Positions 18,061 to 27,481 of a stretch of 64,000 nucleotides of DNA are shown here, piece by piece. The notes beneath the pieces are model-generated. The model was not told the DNA's origin and did not search any database. It saw only the letters and a list, made by a program, of their open reading frames with translations. Positions within the stretch are counted from its first letter, which is position 1; every line of letters starts with the position of its first letter. A program made the position numbers and the translations under genes. The stretch is from Calditrichaceae bacterium (GTDB taxonomy: Bacteria; Calditrichota; Calditrichia; Calditrichales; JBFXGD01). The stretch is from positions 64,001 to 128,000 of the forward strand of contig JBFXLE010000002.1 of the NCBI GenBank assembly GCA_050173015.1. The letters are read 5' to 3'.

Positions 18061-19341
18061 ATGAAAAGATTTAAGTTGTTTTTAATCATTTGTATAGGCA
18101 TTGTGTTGAGTGTGAACAGTTCTTCCGCGGGCCTGAATGAAACTCTTTCTCAAAGAGTGTCTCCGAAATTTTACGGAATTTCTTTAGACAACGCGCTTCG
18201 GTTATTTGCCAAACAATATTCACTTAATCTCGTTATCGGGGGTGATCCACAGGGCAAGATCACAGTAGAGCTGTATAATGTGACCCTGGAGGATGCTCTT
18301 AATACTATATTAAAAGCGCACGGATATCACTATGTCATTGACAATGAAGTGATATTGATCAAGCCGCTTAAAGTGAGCGTAAACGGCGAACTTCAGACAA
18401 AAGTATTCAAACTCAATTTTATTGACGGTTATCATTTAAAGACAGCAATTGAGCCGTTAATTTCTGAAAAAGGGAAAATTGAAGCGCTGCTTTCAGAACC
18501 GGAACAGGAAGAAAAATATCAAAGGTCAAATTTTATAGTGGTGACCGATTATTGGGAGAATCTGCAGAGAATCGATGAAGTAAGAAAAATCATGGATGTC
18601 CAGGGAAGACAAATGCAGATCGAAGTCCGACTGGTTGAGACACTGATGACCGATGAAAAACAGGTCGGATTGAATTTACCAAAAAGTATTGGCGTTACTA
18701 TGACCGGAGCAGAAACAACGGCGCCAATCACTAAATCACAATCCAGTACATCGGGTCAGTCAGTGCTGTCAGCCTGGTATCAGCTGCCCAGTGGGTCAGA
18801 TGAATTGACGTTGGGAGTGATCACTTTTGATGAACTAAAGGCGACCCTGGACTTTCTGGCGACTGACAACAATTCACGGCTGATTTCCAATCCAAAAGTC
18901 ACCGCTCTTAATAATAAAAAAGCTCTTATAAAAATCGGAACGACAGTGCCGATTCCGGAGTTATCCCGCGGGGTAGGAGGAGATTACATTTCTTACCGTG
19001 AAAAAGATGTGGATATGAGCGTTGAAGTCATTCCGTTAATTAGTGATGACGGAAATATCACCCTGAATGTACACCCCATTTTGGAAGAAATTATCGGTTA
19101 TACAGGCCCAACCGAAACACCGCAGCCGATCACATCCAAAAGAGAGGTCAAGACCACCGTGATGGTCAAGGATGGTGAAACGGTGGTGATTGGCGGATTA
19201 GTCAAAGAAAGTGAAAGCAAAATAGTGAATAAAGTATGGTTGTTGGGCGATATACCCTTACTCGGATATTTCTTTAAACATACATCGACGATAAAAGAAA
19301 AAAAAGATTTACTAATCTTTATAACCACCAAACTGATGTAG
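18061..19341 (+). CDS. pilQ: Secretin (PilQ/GspD/MshL family), compact form
   Basis: Signal peptide; QMQIEVRLVE, ISNPKVTALNN, VKDGETVVIGGL, VWLLGDIPLLGYFFK, LLIFIT. Confidence 0.9.
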   Translation: MKRFKLFLIICIGIVLSVNSSSAGLNETLSQRVSPKFYGISLDNALRLFAKQYSLNLVIGGDPQGKITVELYNVTLEDALNTILKAHGYHYVIDNEVILIKPLKVSVNGELQTKVFKLNFIDGYHLKTAIEPLISEKGKIEALLSEPEQEEKYQRSNFIVVTDYWENLQRIDEVRKIMDVQGRQMQIEVRLVETLMTDEKQVGLNLPKSIGVTMTGAETTAPITKSQSSTSGQSVLSAWYQLPSGSDELTLGVITFDELKATLDFLATDNNSRLISNPKVTALNNKKALIKIGTTVPIPELSRGVGGDYISYREKDVDMSVEVIPLISDDGNITLNVHPILEEIIGYTGPTETPQPITSKREVKTTVMVKDGETVVIGGLVKESESKIVNKVWLLGDIPLLGYFFKHTSTIKEKKDLLIFITTKLM

Positions 19342-19345
19342 GACT

Positions 19346-20377
19346 ATGGAAAAATTAATTCTTCAGGAGACCCTCAGATTCGCGGTTGAAAAAAAAGCTT
19401 CCGATATTCATTTCAGCAGCGGTATGCCGCCTGTCCTAAGGATTATGGGACAACTAAAAAAAGTGGACATGGCGCCGCTGACTAAAGAACATCTGACCAA
19501 TGAATTGACGGTGCTGTTGGATGAAACCCAGAAATCACTTTTAAAATCGGGGAAGGAAGTCGATTTCGCTATTGATATAAAGGATATTGCGCGTTTCCGT
19601 GTAAATATTTATAAACATATCAACGGTATCAGCGCCGCGTTTCGCGTCATTTATCCGGGAATTCGAACACTCGATGATCTTCAGATGCCGCCTGTTTTAA
19701 AACATATTCTGCAACGTCAGAAAGGATTGATTCTGATGACCGGCCCAGCGGGCAGCGGAAAATCCACAACCCTGACGGCAATGTTGCACGAGATAAATCT
19801 TTCGAAAAGAATGCATATAATAACGATAGAAGATCCGATCGAATATGTACATAAACCAATGAGTAGTCTGATTCATCAAAGGGAGGTGGGGGTACACACA
19901 AAAGATTTTGCTTCCGCACTGCGCGCGGCGATGCGCGAAGATCCGGATGTTATCCTTGTTGGGGAGATGCGTGATCATGAAACCATTGCAAACGCGCTTC
20001 ATGCTGCCGAAACAGGCCATCTTGTACTTTCAACACTGCATACAAATTCGGCGGCAGAATCCATTGACCGTATAATAAATGTATTCCCCGGTGAACAGCA
20101 GCCCCAGATTCGCGTTGTACTTGCAAGTACTCTAATAGCAGTGATCGCCCAGAGACTGGTTCCGAAAGCCGGCGCGCAGGAACGAATCGCCATGCTCGAG
20201 ATTCTGATCTCGACCGATGCGGTAAAAAATCTAATCAGAGAAAAGAAGAATCATCAGATAGATTCAGCTATCCAGACAGGCTCCGAGATCGGTATGCAGT
20301 CGTTTGCAAAAAGTCTGGAAAAATTAAAACAACAAAATTTAATTTCACCGGATTTAATCATAAGTGAATTTGTGTAA
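19346..20377 (+). CDS. pilT: PilT retraction ATPase
   Basis: ASDIH, GPAGSGKSTT, TIEDPIE, REDPDVILVGEMRD, GHLVLSTLHT, AVKNLIRE (AIRNLIRE), GMQS. Confidence 0.93.
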   Translation: MEKLILQETLRFAVEKKASDIHFSSGMPPVLRIMGQLKKVDMAPLTKEHLTNELTVLLDETQKSLLKSGKEVDFAIDIKDIARFRVNIYKHINGISAAFRVIYPGIRTLDDLQMPPVLKHILQRQKGLILMTGPAGSGKSTTLTAMLHEINLSKRMHIITIEDPIEYVHKPMSSLIHQREVGVHTKDFASALRAAMREDPDVILVGEMRDHETIANALHAAETGHLVLSTLHTNSAAESIDRIINVFPGEQQPQIRVVLASTLIAVIAQRLVPKAGAQERIAMLEILISTDAVKNLIREKKNHQIDSAIQTGSEIGMQSFAKSLEKLKQQNLISPDLIISEFV

Positions 20378-20387
20378 TTCATCACAA
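20370..20387. promoter_or_regulatory. CRP- or Rex-like palindromic site
   Basis: TTGTGTAATTCATCACAA matches TGTGA-N6-TCACA at 9/10 and TTGTGAA-N4-TTCACAA at 12/14. It overlaps the pilT stop and is about 210 bp upstream of the next gene. Confidence 0.4.
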
Positions 20388-20515
20388 CACATTTGCCATT
20401 CTTAGAATAAAATAGAATTGGCATGAATATCATTTTATCGGATATCAAAACGAATAAAAAATATTAATTCTTGCCGTTTGACCGGGTGTCTTTTACTTTG
20501 AGGTGAGAATTGCTT

Positions 20516-20550
20516 TAAAATTCCCCTGTTTTAATATGGGGGGGATTTTA
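20516..20550 (+). terminator. Hairpin between pilT and the signalling gene
   Basis: TAAAATTCCCC...GGGGGATTTTA stem with G-U pairing. Confidence 0.35.
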
Positions 20551-20596
20551 TCTAACATGATATCCAACTTAGGCTATTAACCATAGAAATTAAAAT

Positions 20597-22360
20597 ATGT
20601 CCGAAGAAAAATTTTCTGTTGGCATTATATATTCTCATGAATATGAACTTGAGATCATTAAAAAATCAATTCTGACATTAAAGCCGGATTCATTAAAATT
20701 TGACTATATCTATTTTAGTGATACAGACCGGATTTCTTCTGAAAGTGCAAAATTTGATTTGATTTTTTATTATGTCAGGGAAGAAAATCAATCGGGTATT
20801 GACCAATTCATCGAATTAACCAAAAAAATATCCGTATTGCCTGTTTCGGTATTATTTGATAAATATGTCGCCGGAATCTCAGATCAATTTCTAATACATA
20901 ATAACATTGAAACGCTCTACCTCGACCAACTGACCCGGTTGAACTTTCTTTCTTCAGTTAAACGAATAATCCGATTCCACAAACTGAATCTTGACTCACA
21001 GTATTTAAAGAGAAACCTGCATCAAAGTGATATCGTGTTTTTGAACTCCATACGAGGATATAATGACGGTATCATCATCGTCAATAAAAAAGGATTTGTG
21101 CATCTTATTAACCCGGCGTGTCAGAAAAAGTTTGGAATCCGTCCGGAAATCATACTCGGACAGACGTTATCGTCTGAACTGTTTTCCGATTCGGTAAGAG
21201 AAGTTGACGTAAGTGTTTTTGGGGGGGATAAGGGTATTGTTGAGATGCATGTTGGCAACCTCGTTTGGGATAATGAGGAATGCTATGTCTTAATATTGCG
21301 TGATATCAGTGATCAAAAGGAAACGGAGCAGCAACTCAGCGCCTTTAAGCTTGCCGTAGAGCATAATCCGACTCCTGTATTGATCACAGATAAAAAAGGG
21401 ATAATTATATATGTGAATCCCCAATTCACCGAAGTAACCGGATACAGGAAGAGCGAAATACTTGGCAAACTCCCCAGAATCCTTAATTCAGGTACGCATA
21501 CAAAAGAATTTTATGAAGAATTATGGAGTACCATTTTGTCAGGAAATATCTGGAGCAATGAAATTTGTAACAGAAAAAAAGACGGACAGATTTACTGGGA
21601 AAAACAAACTATTATTCCGGTAATAGACAACAATAAGGAACTTACACATTTTGTTTCACTGCGTGTCGATGATATGGAACGAAAAAGAGTAGAGGAGGCT
21701 CTGCGCAAGGCCGAGTCCCTTAAAAGTGTGCAGGAACTCGCCGGAGGGGTGGCGCATGAATTTTCTCAACCGCTTCAGGCACTGACAATCAGTATGTCTC
21801 TTATGGAACAATCGGCAGGGGCTTCACCATATTTCCCCAAAGCGCAGAAAATGATCCAGCGAATCATAGAACTGGTTGATAATTTAAAAAGTATTACAAC
21901 AATTAAAAAACAGGATTATCTGGATACAAAAATTATTGATATTAAAGCATCTTCCAATAGAAAAATTCTGGAAAACCAAAAGAAAAGAATTTTGCTGATA
22001 GATGATCAAAAGGAGGTTCTTGAGACATTGGTGGAAAGTCTCAACTTGGCCGGATTTATGTGCGACGGCGCGGCAGACGGATTGTCTGCTTTGGAATATA
22101 TAGGCAGTAATCAGTATCAGTTGATTTTGTCGGACGTTGATATGCCGGGTATGCACGGTATAGACTTGTTTAAAAAGATCAGGGAAATTAATTACCCGGC
22201 ATATTTTGTTTTTATGACCGGCTACGAAATTGATGAGGATATTAATGAGATTTTAAAACAGGCAGACGGTTTTATCAACAAACCATTTCAATTGAGTGAC
22301 TTGGTTAATCTTGTTTCCCGTTATATTGCAACGGATAAAAATAGTACAGGTAGTTCTTAG
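20597..22360 (+). CDS. Cytoplasmic signalling protein: pseudo-receiver - PAS - PAS/PAC - HisKA (DHp) - receiver, with no HATPase_c domain
   Basis: PAS motifs DGIIIVN...INP and ITDKKGIIIYVNPQF...GYRKSEILG...NRKKDGQIYW; H-box LAGGVAHEFSQPL; no N/G1/F/G2 boxes; REC ILLIDD...ILSDVDMPG...MTG...INKP. Confidence 0.85.
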   Translation: MSEEKFSVGIIYSHEYELEIIKKSILTLKPDSLKFDYIYFSDTDRISSESAKFDLIFYYVREENQSGIDQFIELTKKISVLPVSVLFDKYVAGISDQFLIHNNIETLYLDQLTRLNFLSSVKRIIRFHKLNLDSQYLKRNLHQSDIVFLNSIRGYNDGIIIVNKKGFVHLINPACQKKFGIRPEIILGQTLSSELFSDSVREVDVSVFGGDKGIVEMHVGNLVWDNEECYVLILRDISDQKETEQQLSAFKLAVEHNPTPVLITDKKGIIIYVNPQFTEVTGYRKSEILGKLPRILNSGTHTKEFYEELWSTILSGNIWSNEICNRKKDGQIYWEKQTIIPVIDNNKELTHFVSLRVDDMERKRVEEALRKAESLKSVQELAGGVAHEFSQPLQALTISMSLMEQSAGASPYFPKAQKMIQRIIELVDNLKSITTIKKQDYLDTKIIDIKASSNRKILENQKKRILLIDDQKEVLETLVESLNLAGFMCDGAADGLSALEYIGSNQYQLILSDVDMPGMHGIDLFKKIREINYPAYFVFMTGYEIDEDINEILKQADGFINKPFQLSDLVNLVSRYIATDKNSTGSS

Positions 22361-22547
22361 ACGCTTAATACCGGTTACGTGACTGAATGTGCAGTAATTT
22401 TACACTAATTCAGGCGTTCTGGAAGACAACCCTTCCTACTTAAAATTGGTATTATATTTGCATATTGTTTAAGAAATAGCTTATAGATTTAACATATTCA
22501 AAGTCTAAGAAAAGATTAAGTTTATTCTCTCACGGGGTTATCACAAA

Positions 22548-22595
22548 AAACCGGTTTTGTCTTTCCCAAGATCAACAAAGCCGGTTTAATTTTTT
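22548..22595 (+). terminator. Probable intrinsic terminator
   Basis: AAACCGGTTTTGT...ACAAAGCCGGTTT stem followed by aatttttt. Confidence 0.5.
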
Positions 22596-22641
22596 ACATG
22601 GAATTAAAAGCAGAATATATCATCAATTTCAATCCAATAAC

Positions 22642-22670
22642 TTGTTTGTTTTTAATAAATTCGTTATACT
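22642..22670 (+). promoter_or_regulatory. Sigma-70-type promoter of fbaA
   Basis: TTGTTT-N17-TATACT, 60 bp upstream of the ATG. Confidence 0.5.
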
Positions 22671-22730
22671 TCGCTTTCATTTCTTTTAAGTTTTTATAGA
22701 ATTTGACTGTCATACGCGAGGAGAATAAAA

Positions 22731-23759
22731 ATGCCAGTGGTTGATTATAATAAATATTTGGAGATGATCAAAAACGCGAAAAGAAATAAATTTGCATATC
22801 CGGCTATAAATGTGACCTCAGAAGCTTCCGCCAATGCTTGCCTCGCGGCTTTTGCCGAGATGAAAAGCGATGGCATTATTCAGGTTTCTACCGGCGGCGC
22901 GGAGTTTGCGTCAGGCCAGGGATTAAAAGACGCGGTGATCGGCGCAATCTCTCTTGCCCAACATGTGCACCTTGTGGCTGAAAAATATGATATTAATGTC
23001 GCGCTTCATACGGATCATTGTCCGCCTGATAAAGTTGAATCATTCTTAATACCATTGATTGCAGAATCCAGGAAAAGGGTTAATGCCGGCCTGAAACCAT
23101 TATTCAATTCGCACATGTTTGACGGCAGCTCTCTCCCGTTGAAAGAAAATATGGATATAGCGACCGGGTTATTAAAGGAATGCGCTGCGCTCGGGATCAT
23201 TCTTGAAGTGGAAGCCGGTGTCGTAGGCGGTGAAGAAGACGGTGTCAACAATGAGGGGCTTCCAGCATCAAAATTGTACACAACGCCGGAGGATATGCTC
23301 GAAGTGTATCGCAGGCTTTCTGAAGTTAAAGGAGGCATATATTTATTTGCGGCGACATTCGGCAATGTGCATGGAGTATACAAGCCCGGGAACGTTAAAT
23401 TACAGCCAAAAATTCTTAAAGAAGGACAGGCGGCGGTCATTTCAAAATATGGCGAAGATGCCGCGTTTTTTCTTGTTTTTCACGGCGGCAGCGGCTCATC
23501 CCTTGCTGAAATAAGGGAGACTCTGGATTATGGTGTTATCAAAATGAATGTGGATACCGATACTCAGTATGCTTTTACCAGACCGATTGTGGATCATATA
23601 ATGAAAAATTATGACGGTGTCCTTAAAATTGAAGAAGAAGTCGGTAATAAAAAAGTCTACGACCCGCGGTCATATCTGAAAAAGGCCGAAACCGGCATGA
23701 AAGAACGTGTAAAAAGAGCTATTATAGATCTAAGAACAGAGAATACCACCCTGGGATAA
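22731..23759 (+). CDS. fbaA: Class II fructose-bisphosphate aldolase
   Basis: ALHTDHC, SHMFDGS, GGEEDG, FGNVHGVYKPG, FHGGSG, KMNVDTD, YDPR; GAGGAG RBS. Confidence 0.96.
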   Translation: MPVVDYNKYLEMIKNAKRNKFAYPAINVTSEASANACLAAFAEMKSDGIIQVSTGGAEFASGQGLKDAVIGAISLAQHVHLVAEKYDINVALHTDHCPPDKVESFLIPLIAESRKRVNAGLKPLFNSHMFDGSSLPLKENMDIATGLLKECAALGIILEVEAGVVGGEEDGVNNEGLPASKLYTTPEDMLEVYRRLSEVKGGIYLFAATFGNVHGVYKPGNVKLQPKILKEGQAAVISKYGEDAAFFLVFHGGSGSSLAEIRETLDYGVIKMNVDTDTQYAFTRPIVDHIMKNYDGVLKIEEEVGNKKVYDPRSYLKKAETGMKERVKRAIIDLRTENTTLG

Positions 23760-23836
23760 GCGTTGTAGGTTGAAAATCGAGTTAATTTTAATTAAATTAA
23801 TCCGTTTTTATAAAATATAGCAGGTATGTGATTAAA

Positions 23837-24220
23837 ATGGAACGTACATTATTAAAATCGAAACTGCATCGCGCGACGATTACGGACGCCAATCTGAATT
23901 ATGAAGGCAGTCTGACGATTGATCAGGATCTGATGGATGCAGCGGATATTCTCCCTTATGAAAAGGTAGATGTTGTAAATATAAATAATGGCGCGCGTTT
24001 TACAACGTATGCGATTGTAGGAAAACGCGGGAGCGGTGATATTTGCCTTAACGGCGCCGCTGCCCGGCTCGGACAGATTGGTGACCTGGTGATCATCATA
24101 ACTTATGTCAATCTGTCAGCGGATGAGATTAATACACATCATCCTAAAGCTGTTTTGCTGGAAAAAGGAAATAAAATCAAATCTATACATAGTGAACCTG
24201 TTCCTCATGGATCAATATGA
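23837..24220 (+). CDS. panD: Aspartate 1-decarboxylase
   Basis: [16 protein letters not shown] autocleavage site, TYAI, NGAAAR. Confidence 0.96.
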   Translation: MERTLLKSKLHRATITDANLNYEGSLTIDQDLMDAADILPYEKVDVVNINNGARFTTYAIVGKRGSGDICLNGAAARLGQIGDLVIIITYVNLSADEINTHHPKAVLLEKGNKIKSIHSEPVPHGSI

Positions 24221-26291
24221 ACCCGCCTCATTTTTTCATAAAATAATCAGAAACACAGCTGCAAAAGTTCTGAATTTAATCGATCGCGCAAAAATGACTG
24301 AGCATTCTTTTATCCTTGTCATCGCGGTTCTGATTGGACTTCTTGGGGGATACGGCGCTGTATTTATTCAATTCACCATAAAAGAATTTCAGAGATTATT
24401 CTGGCGGGGGGATTTTAATCTCGAAACCATATTCTCGGTACCCTGGTATTGGAAAATACTGATTCCCACTTTTGGCGGTTTTGTGGTTGGATTGATCATC
24501 CGGTTTTTTGCGAAGGAAGCGAAGGGGCATGGTGTTCCGGAAGTTATGGAAGCGATCGCTTTGAGAAATGGGCTTATCCGGCCGAGGGTTGTTTTTGCCA
24601 AACTTTTTTCTTCCGCGCTTTATATCGCTTCCGGTGGTTCGGTGGGAAGGGAAGGTCCCGTCATTCAAATCGGTTCTGCCGTTGGCTCGACCATTGGCCA
24701 GTTCTTTAAAGTGAATCCTAAAAGGATGCGGACATTTGTGGCATGCGGCGCCGCCTCAGGTATTGCCGCCGCTTTTAATGCCCCGGTTGCAGGCGCGTTA
24801 TTCGCTGTAGAAATAATCCTTGGTGATTTTGCGGTTCCGCAATTCAGTCCGATCGTTATATCTTCTGTTTCGGCGACAATCGTTTCACGACATTATCTGG
24901 GAGATTTTCCCGCGTTCCAGGTGCCGAAATATAATCTGGCTTCCCCGTTTGAGATTTTTAATTATATTTTCCTTGGATTTCTAGCCGGTTTAACCGCGCT
25001 CGCATTTATTAAAGTGTTGTATGGGGCGGAGGATTATTTTGATAAAATTAGCCTGCCTGATTACGTTAAAGGCGCGCTCGGTGGCCTGATGATCGGTATG
25101 ATCGGATTGGTTTTCCCTGAAATATACGGAGTGGGTTATGATACGATTGACGCGGCTCTGGCAGGGAATCTGATTTGGAAAATTGCTCTTATTCTCATCG
25201 CTGTAAAGATTATTGCGACATCCATAAGTCTCGGTTCAGGGGGATCGGGTGGTGTATTCGCGCCATCTCTGTTTTTAGGAGCAATGATGGGCGCGTTTTT
25301 TGGCGGTATTGTTCATCAAATTTTCCCAAACTGGACAGCGGAACCCGGCGCTTACGCGCTTGTGGCGATGGGAGGTGTGGTTGGAGCTGCCACTCACGGT
25401 CCGATTACCGCTATACTAATTATATTTGAGATGACAAATGATTATAAAATTATTCTGCCATTGATGATTACAACTATAATCGCTACTTTAATTGCCTCAA
25501 GATTACATAAAGATTCAATCTATACGTTAAAACTGGTCAGACGGGGAATTAATATCTTTGGCGGCCGAGAAGTTAATGTTTTGAGATCACTGAAAGTGGC
25601 TAATCTTGTCAAACAAAGTATAGAGCTGGTCTATGAAAACGATCCTTTTAGTGTTGTACTCGAAAAAATGGTGAACTCACCTCATAATAATATTTATGTC
25701 AGAAATAAACACGATAAGATTACCGGATATATTTCAATCCATGAAATAAGACAAACACTGATGGATTATGACGCTTTAAAAAATCTTCTCATCGCCCGGG
25801 ATGTGGCAAATTCCACTGTCATAACTGTTAAAGAGACAGACAATCTTGATTTTGTGATGAAGCAGTTCGGACGGAACGAATTGGATGAGATTGCCGTTAT
25901 TTCGTCCAACGGAGACGAAAAAATAGTCGGAACTATTTGGCAGATGGATGTTATAGAAGCGTACAACCATGAAATATTTCTCAGGGATATGTCAGGAGAG
26001 ATTGGCCAAAGCATAAAGAGTCTCACTGGCGAAAGAACTGTTCACGTGGTTGAACAGTATCATCTTAGTGAATTGGATGTACCCGAGCCATTGGTAGGTA
26101 AGTCATTTGAAGAGATTGGTTTTAGAAAAATCTATAATCTTGAAGTTTTATTGATCAAACGCAAAAAAAATACAGCCGGAGAATTAAAAACGGTTTATAT
26201 TCAACCTAGTGGTCAGACAAAAATGCAACGATACGATGTGCTTTTGGTATTTGGAATTAAAAACCATATTGACAAGTTTGGTAAAATATAA
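24207..26291 (+). CDS. ClC-family chloride channel/transporter with a CBS pair and a C-terminal RCK_C (TrkA_C) domain
   Basis: GHGVPE, GREGP, GVFAPSL, SIYT; two CBS domains; C-terminal [10 protein letters not shown]...LEVLLIKR...P...DVLLVFG. ATG 24207 overlaps the panD end. Confidence 0.9.
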   Translation: MDQYEPASFFHKIIRNTAAKVLNLIDRAKMTEHSFILVIAVLIGLLGGYGAVFIQFTIKEFQRLFWRGDFNLETIFSVPWYWKILIPTFGGFVVGLIIRFFAKEAKGHGVPEVMEAIALRNGLIRPRVVFAKLFSSALYIASGGSVGREGPVIQIGSAVGSTIGQFFKVNPKRMRTFVACGAASGIAAAFNAPVAGALFAVEIILGDFAVPQFSPIVISSVSATIVSRHYLGDFPAFQVPKYNLASPFEIFNYIFLGFLAGLTALAFIKVLYGAEDYFDKISLPDYVKGALGGLMIGMIGLVFPEIYGVGYDTIDAALAGNLIWKIALILIAVKIIATSISLGSGGSGGVFAPSLFLGAMMGAFFGGIVHQIFPNWTAEPGAYALVAMGGVVGAATHGPITAILIIFEMTNDYKIILPLMITTIIATLIASRLHKDSIYTLKLVRRGINIFGGREVNVLRSLKVANLVKQSIELVYENDPFSVVLEKMVNSPHNNIYVRNKHDKITGYISIHEIRQTLMDYDALKNLLIARDVANSTVITVKETDNLDFVMKQFGRNELDEIAVISSNGDEKIVGTIWQMDVIEAYNHEIFLRDMSGEIGQSIKSLTGERTVHVVEQYHLSELDVPEPLVGKSFEEIGFRKIYNLEVLLIKRKKNTAGELKTVYIQPSGQTKMQRYDVLLVFGIKNHIDKFGKI

Positions 26292-26329
26292 AATTACTGG
26301 GAATTTTTGTTAACTCTAAAGGAGTAGCT

Positions 26330-27481
26330 ATGTTACAATTTACCGAAGAACAGCAGATGATCCGTAAAATGGTGCGTGATTTTTCCCAGAAAGAAATCGC
26401 GCCGATCGCCATTGAAGTTGATGAAGCTGAGCGTTTTCCTATAGAAAATTTTAAAAAAATGGCGGAACTGAACTTACTGGGATTACCGATCTCCGAAACT
26501 TACGGCGGTGCCGGTCTGGATGCGGTATCTTATATGATTGCTTTGGAAGAAATGGCCGGGGCATGCGCATCAACAGCATTGTCTTATTCCGCGCACATTT
26601 CACTGGCTTCTGTCCCTATTGAACAATTTGGCACAGAGGAACAGAAACGAAAATATCTGGTTCCGCTCGCCAGAGGAGAGAAATTAGGGTCTTTTGGCTT
26701 GACCGAACCATCCGCGGGCAGCGATGCCGGTGGAACAAAGACAACGGCCGTAAAAGATGGTGACAGCTTCATTCTTAACGGGTCAAAAGTTTACATTACA
26801 AACGCGGAATACGCGGATATTTTTGTCGTGACGGCGGTAACTGAGAAATCACGCGGCACAAGGGGAATTTCTAGTTTTATTATCGAGCGGGGAATGCCGG
26901 GATTTGAAGTGGGTAAAAAAGAGAAAAAACTGGGAATGCGGGCATCTCCAACTTGTATGCTTCATTTTAGTGATTGCCGGGTTCCGGCTGAAAATTTGCT
27001 GGGAAATATAAATGAAGGCTACAAACAGTTCTTAATTACGCTCGACGGAGGACGCGTGGGAATCGCTGCGCAGGCGGTCGGAATAGCAAAGGCTGCTTTT
27101 TCCCGTTCCATGAAATACGCACAGGAAAGAGAACAATTTGGTCAGAAAATCGGCAATTTTCAAGCAATACAGTTTATGTTGTCCAATATGGCGACAAATA
27201 TAGAGGCAGCCGAACTCATGGTTTACCACGCCGCTCAACTGAAGCAGGAAGGAAAACCGTATAAGAGAGAAGCCGCGATGGCTAAACTGTTCGCGTCTGA
27301 AATGACAATGGATGTAACAAAAGACGCGATTCAAATTCATGGCGGATACGGCTATATCAAAGAATATGAAGTTGAAAGATACTGGCGAGACGCGAAACTG
27401 CTGGAGATAGGGGAAGGCACTTCCGAGGTGCAGCGTTTAGTTATTTACAGAGAGTTGTTAAATAATATAGACAGGTTATAA
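26330..27481 (+). CDS. Acyl-CoA dehydrogenase (short/branched-chain type)
   Basis: FGLTEPSAGSD, NGSKVYITN, REQFG, QIHGGYGY, IGEGTSEVQR. Confidence 0.95.
   Translation: MLQFTEEQQMIRKMVRDFSQKEIAPIAIEVDEAERFPIENFKKMAELNLLGLPISETYGGAGLDAVSYMIALEEMAGACASTALSYSAHISLASVPIEQFGTEEQKRKYLVPLARGEKLGSFGLTEPSAGSDAGGTKTTAVKDGDSFILNGSKVYITNAEYADIFVVTAVTEKSRGTRGISSFIIERGMPGFEVGKKEKKLGMRASPTCMLHFSDCRVPAENLLGNINEGYKQFLITLDGGRVGIAAQAVGIAKAAFSRSMKYAQEREQFGQKIGNFQAIQFMLSNMATNIEAAELMVYHAAQLKQEGKPYKREAAMAKLFASEMTMDVTKDAIQIHGGYGYIKEYEVERYWRDAKLLEIGEGTSEVQRLVIYRELLNNIDRL

Noticed and set aside
20418-20434. TTGGCATGAATATCAT as a sigma-54 promoter
   Set aside because: The -24 element is good but the -12 position is AT rather than the required GC.
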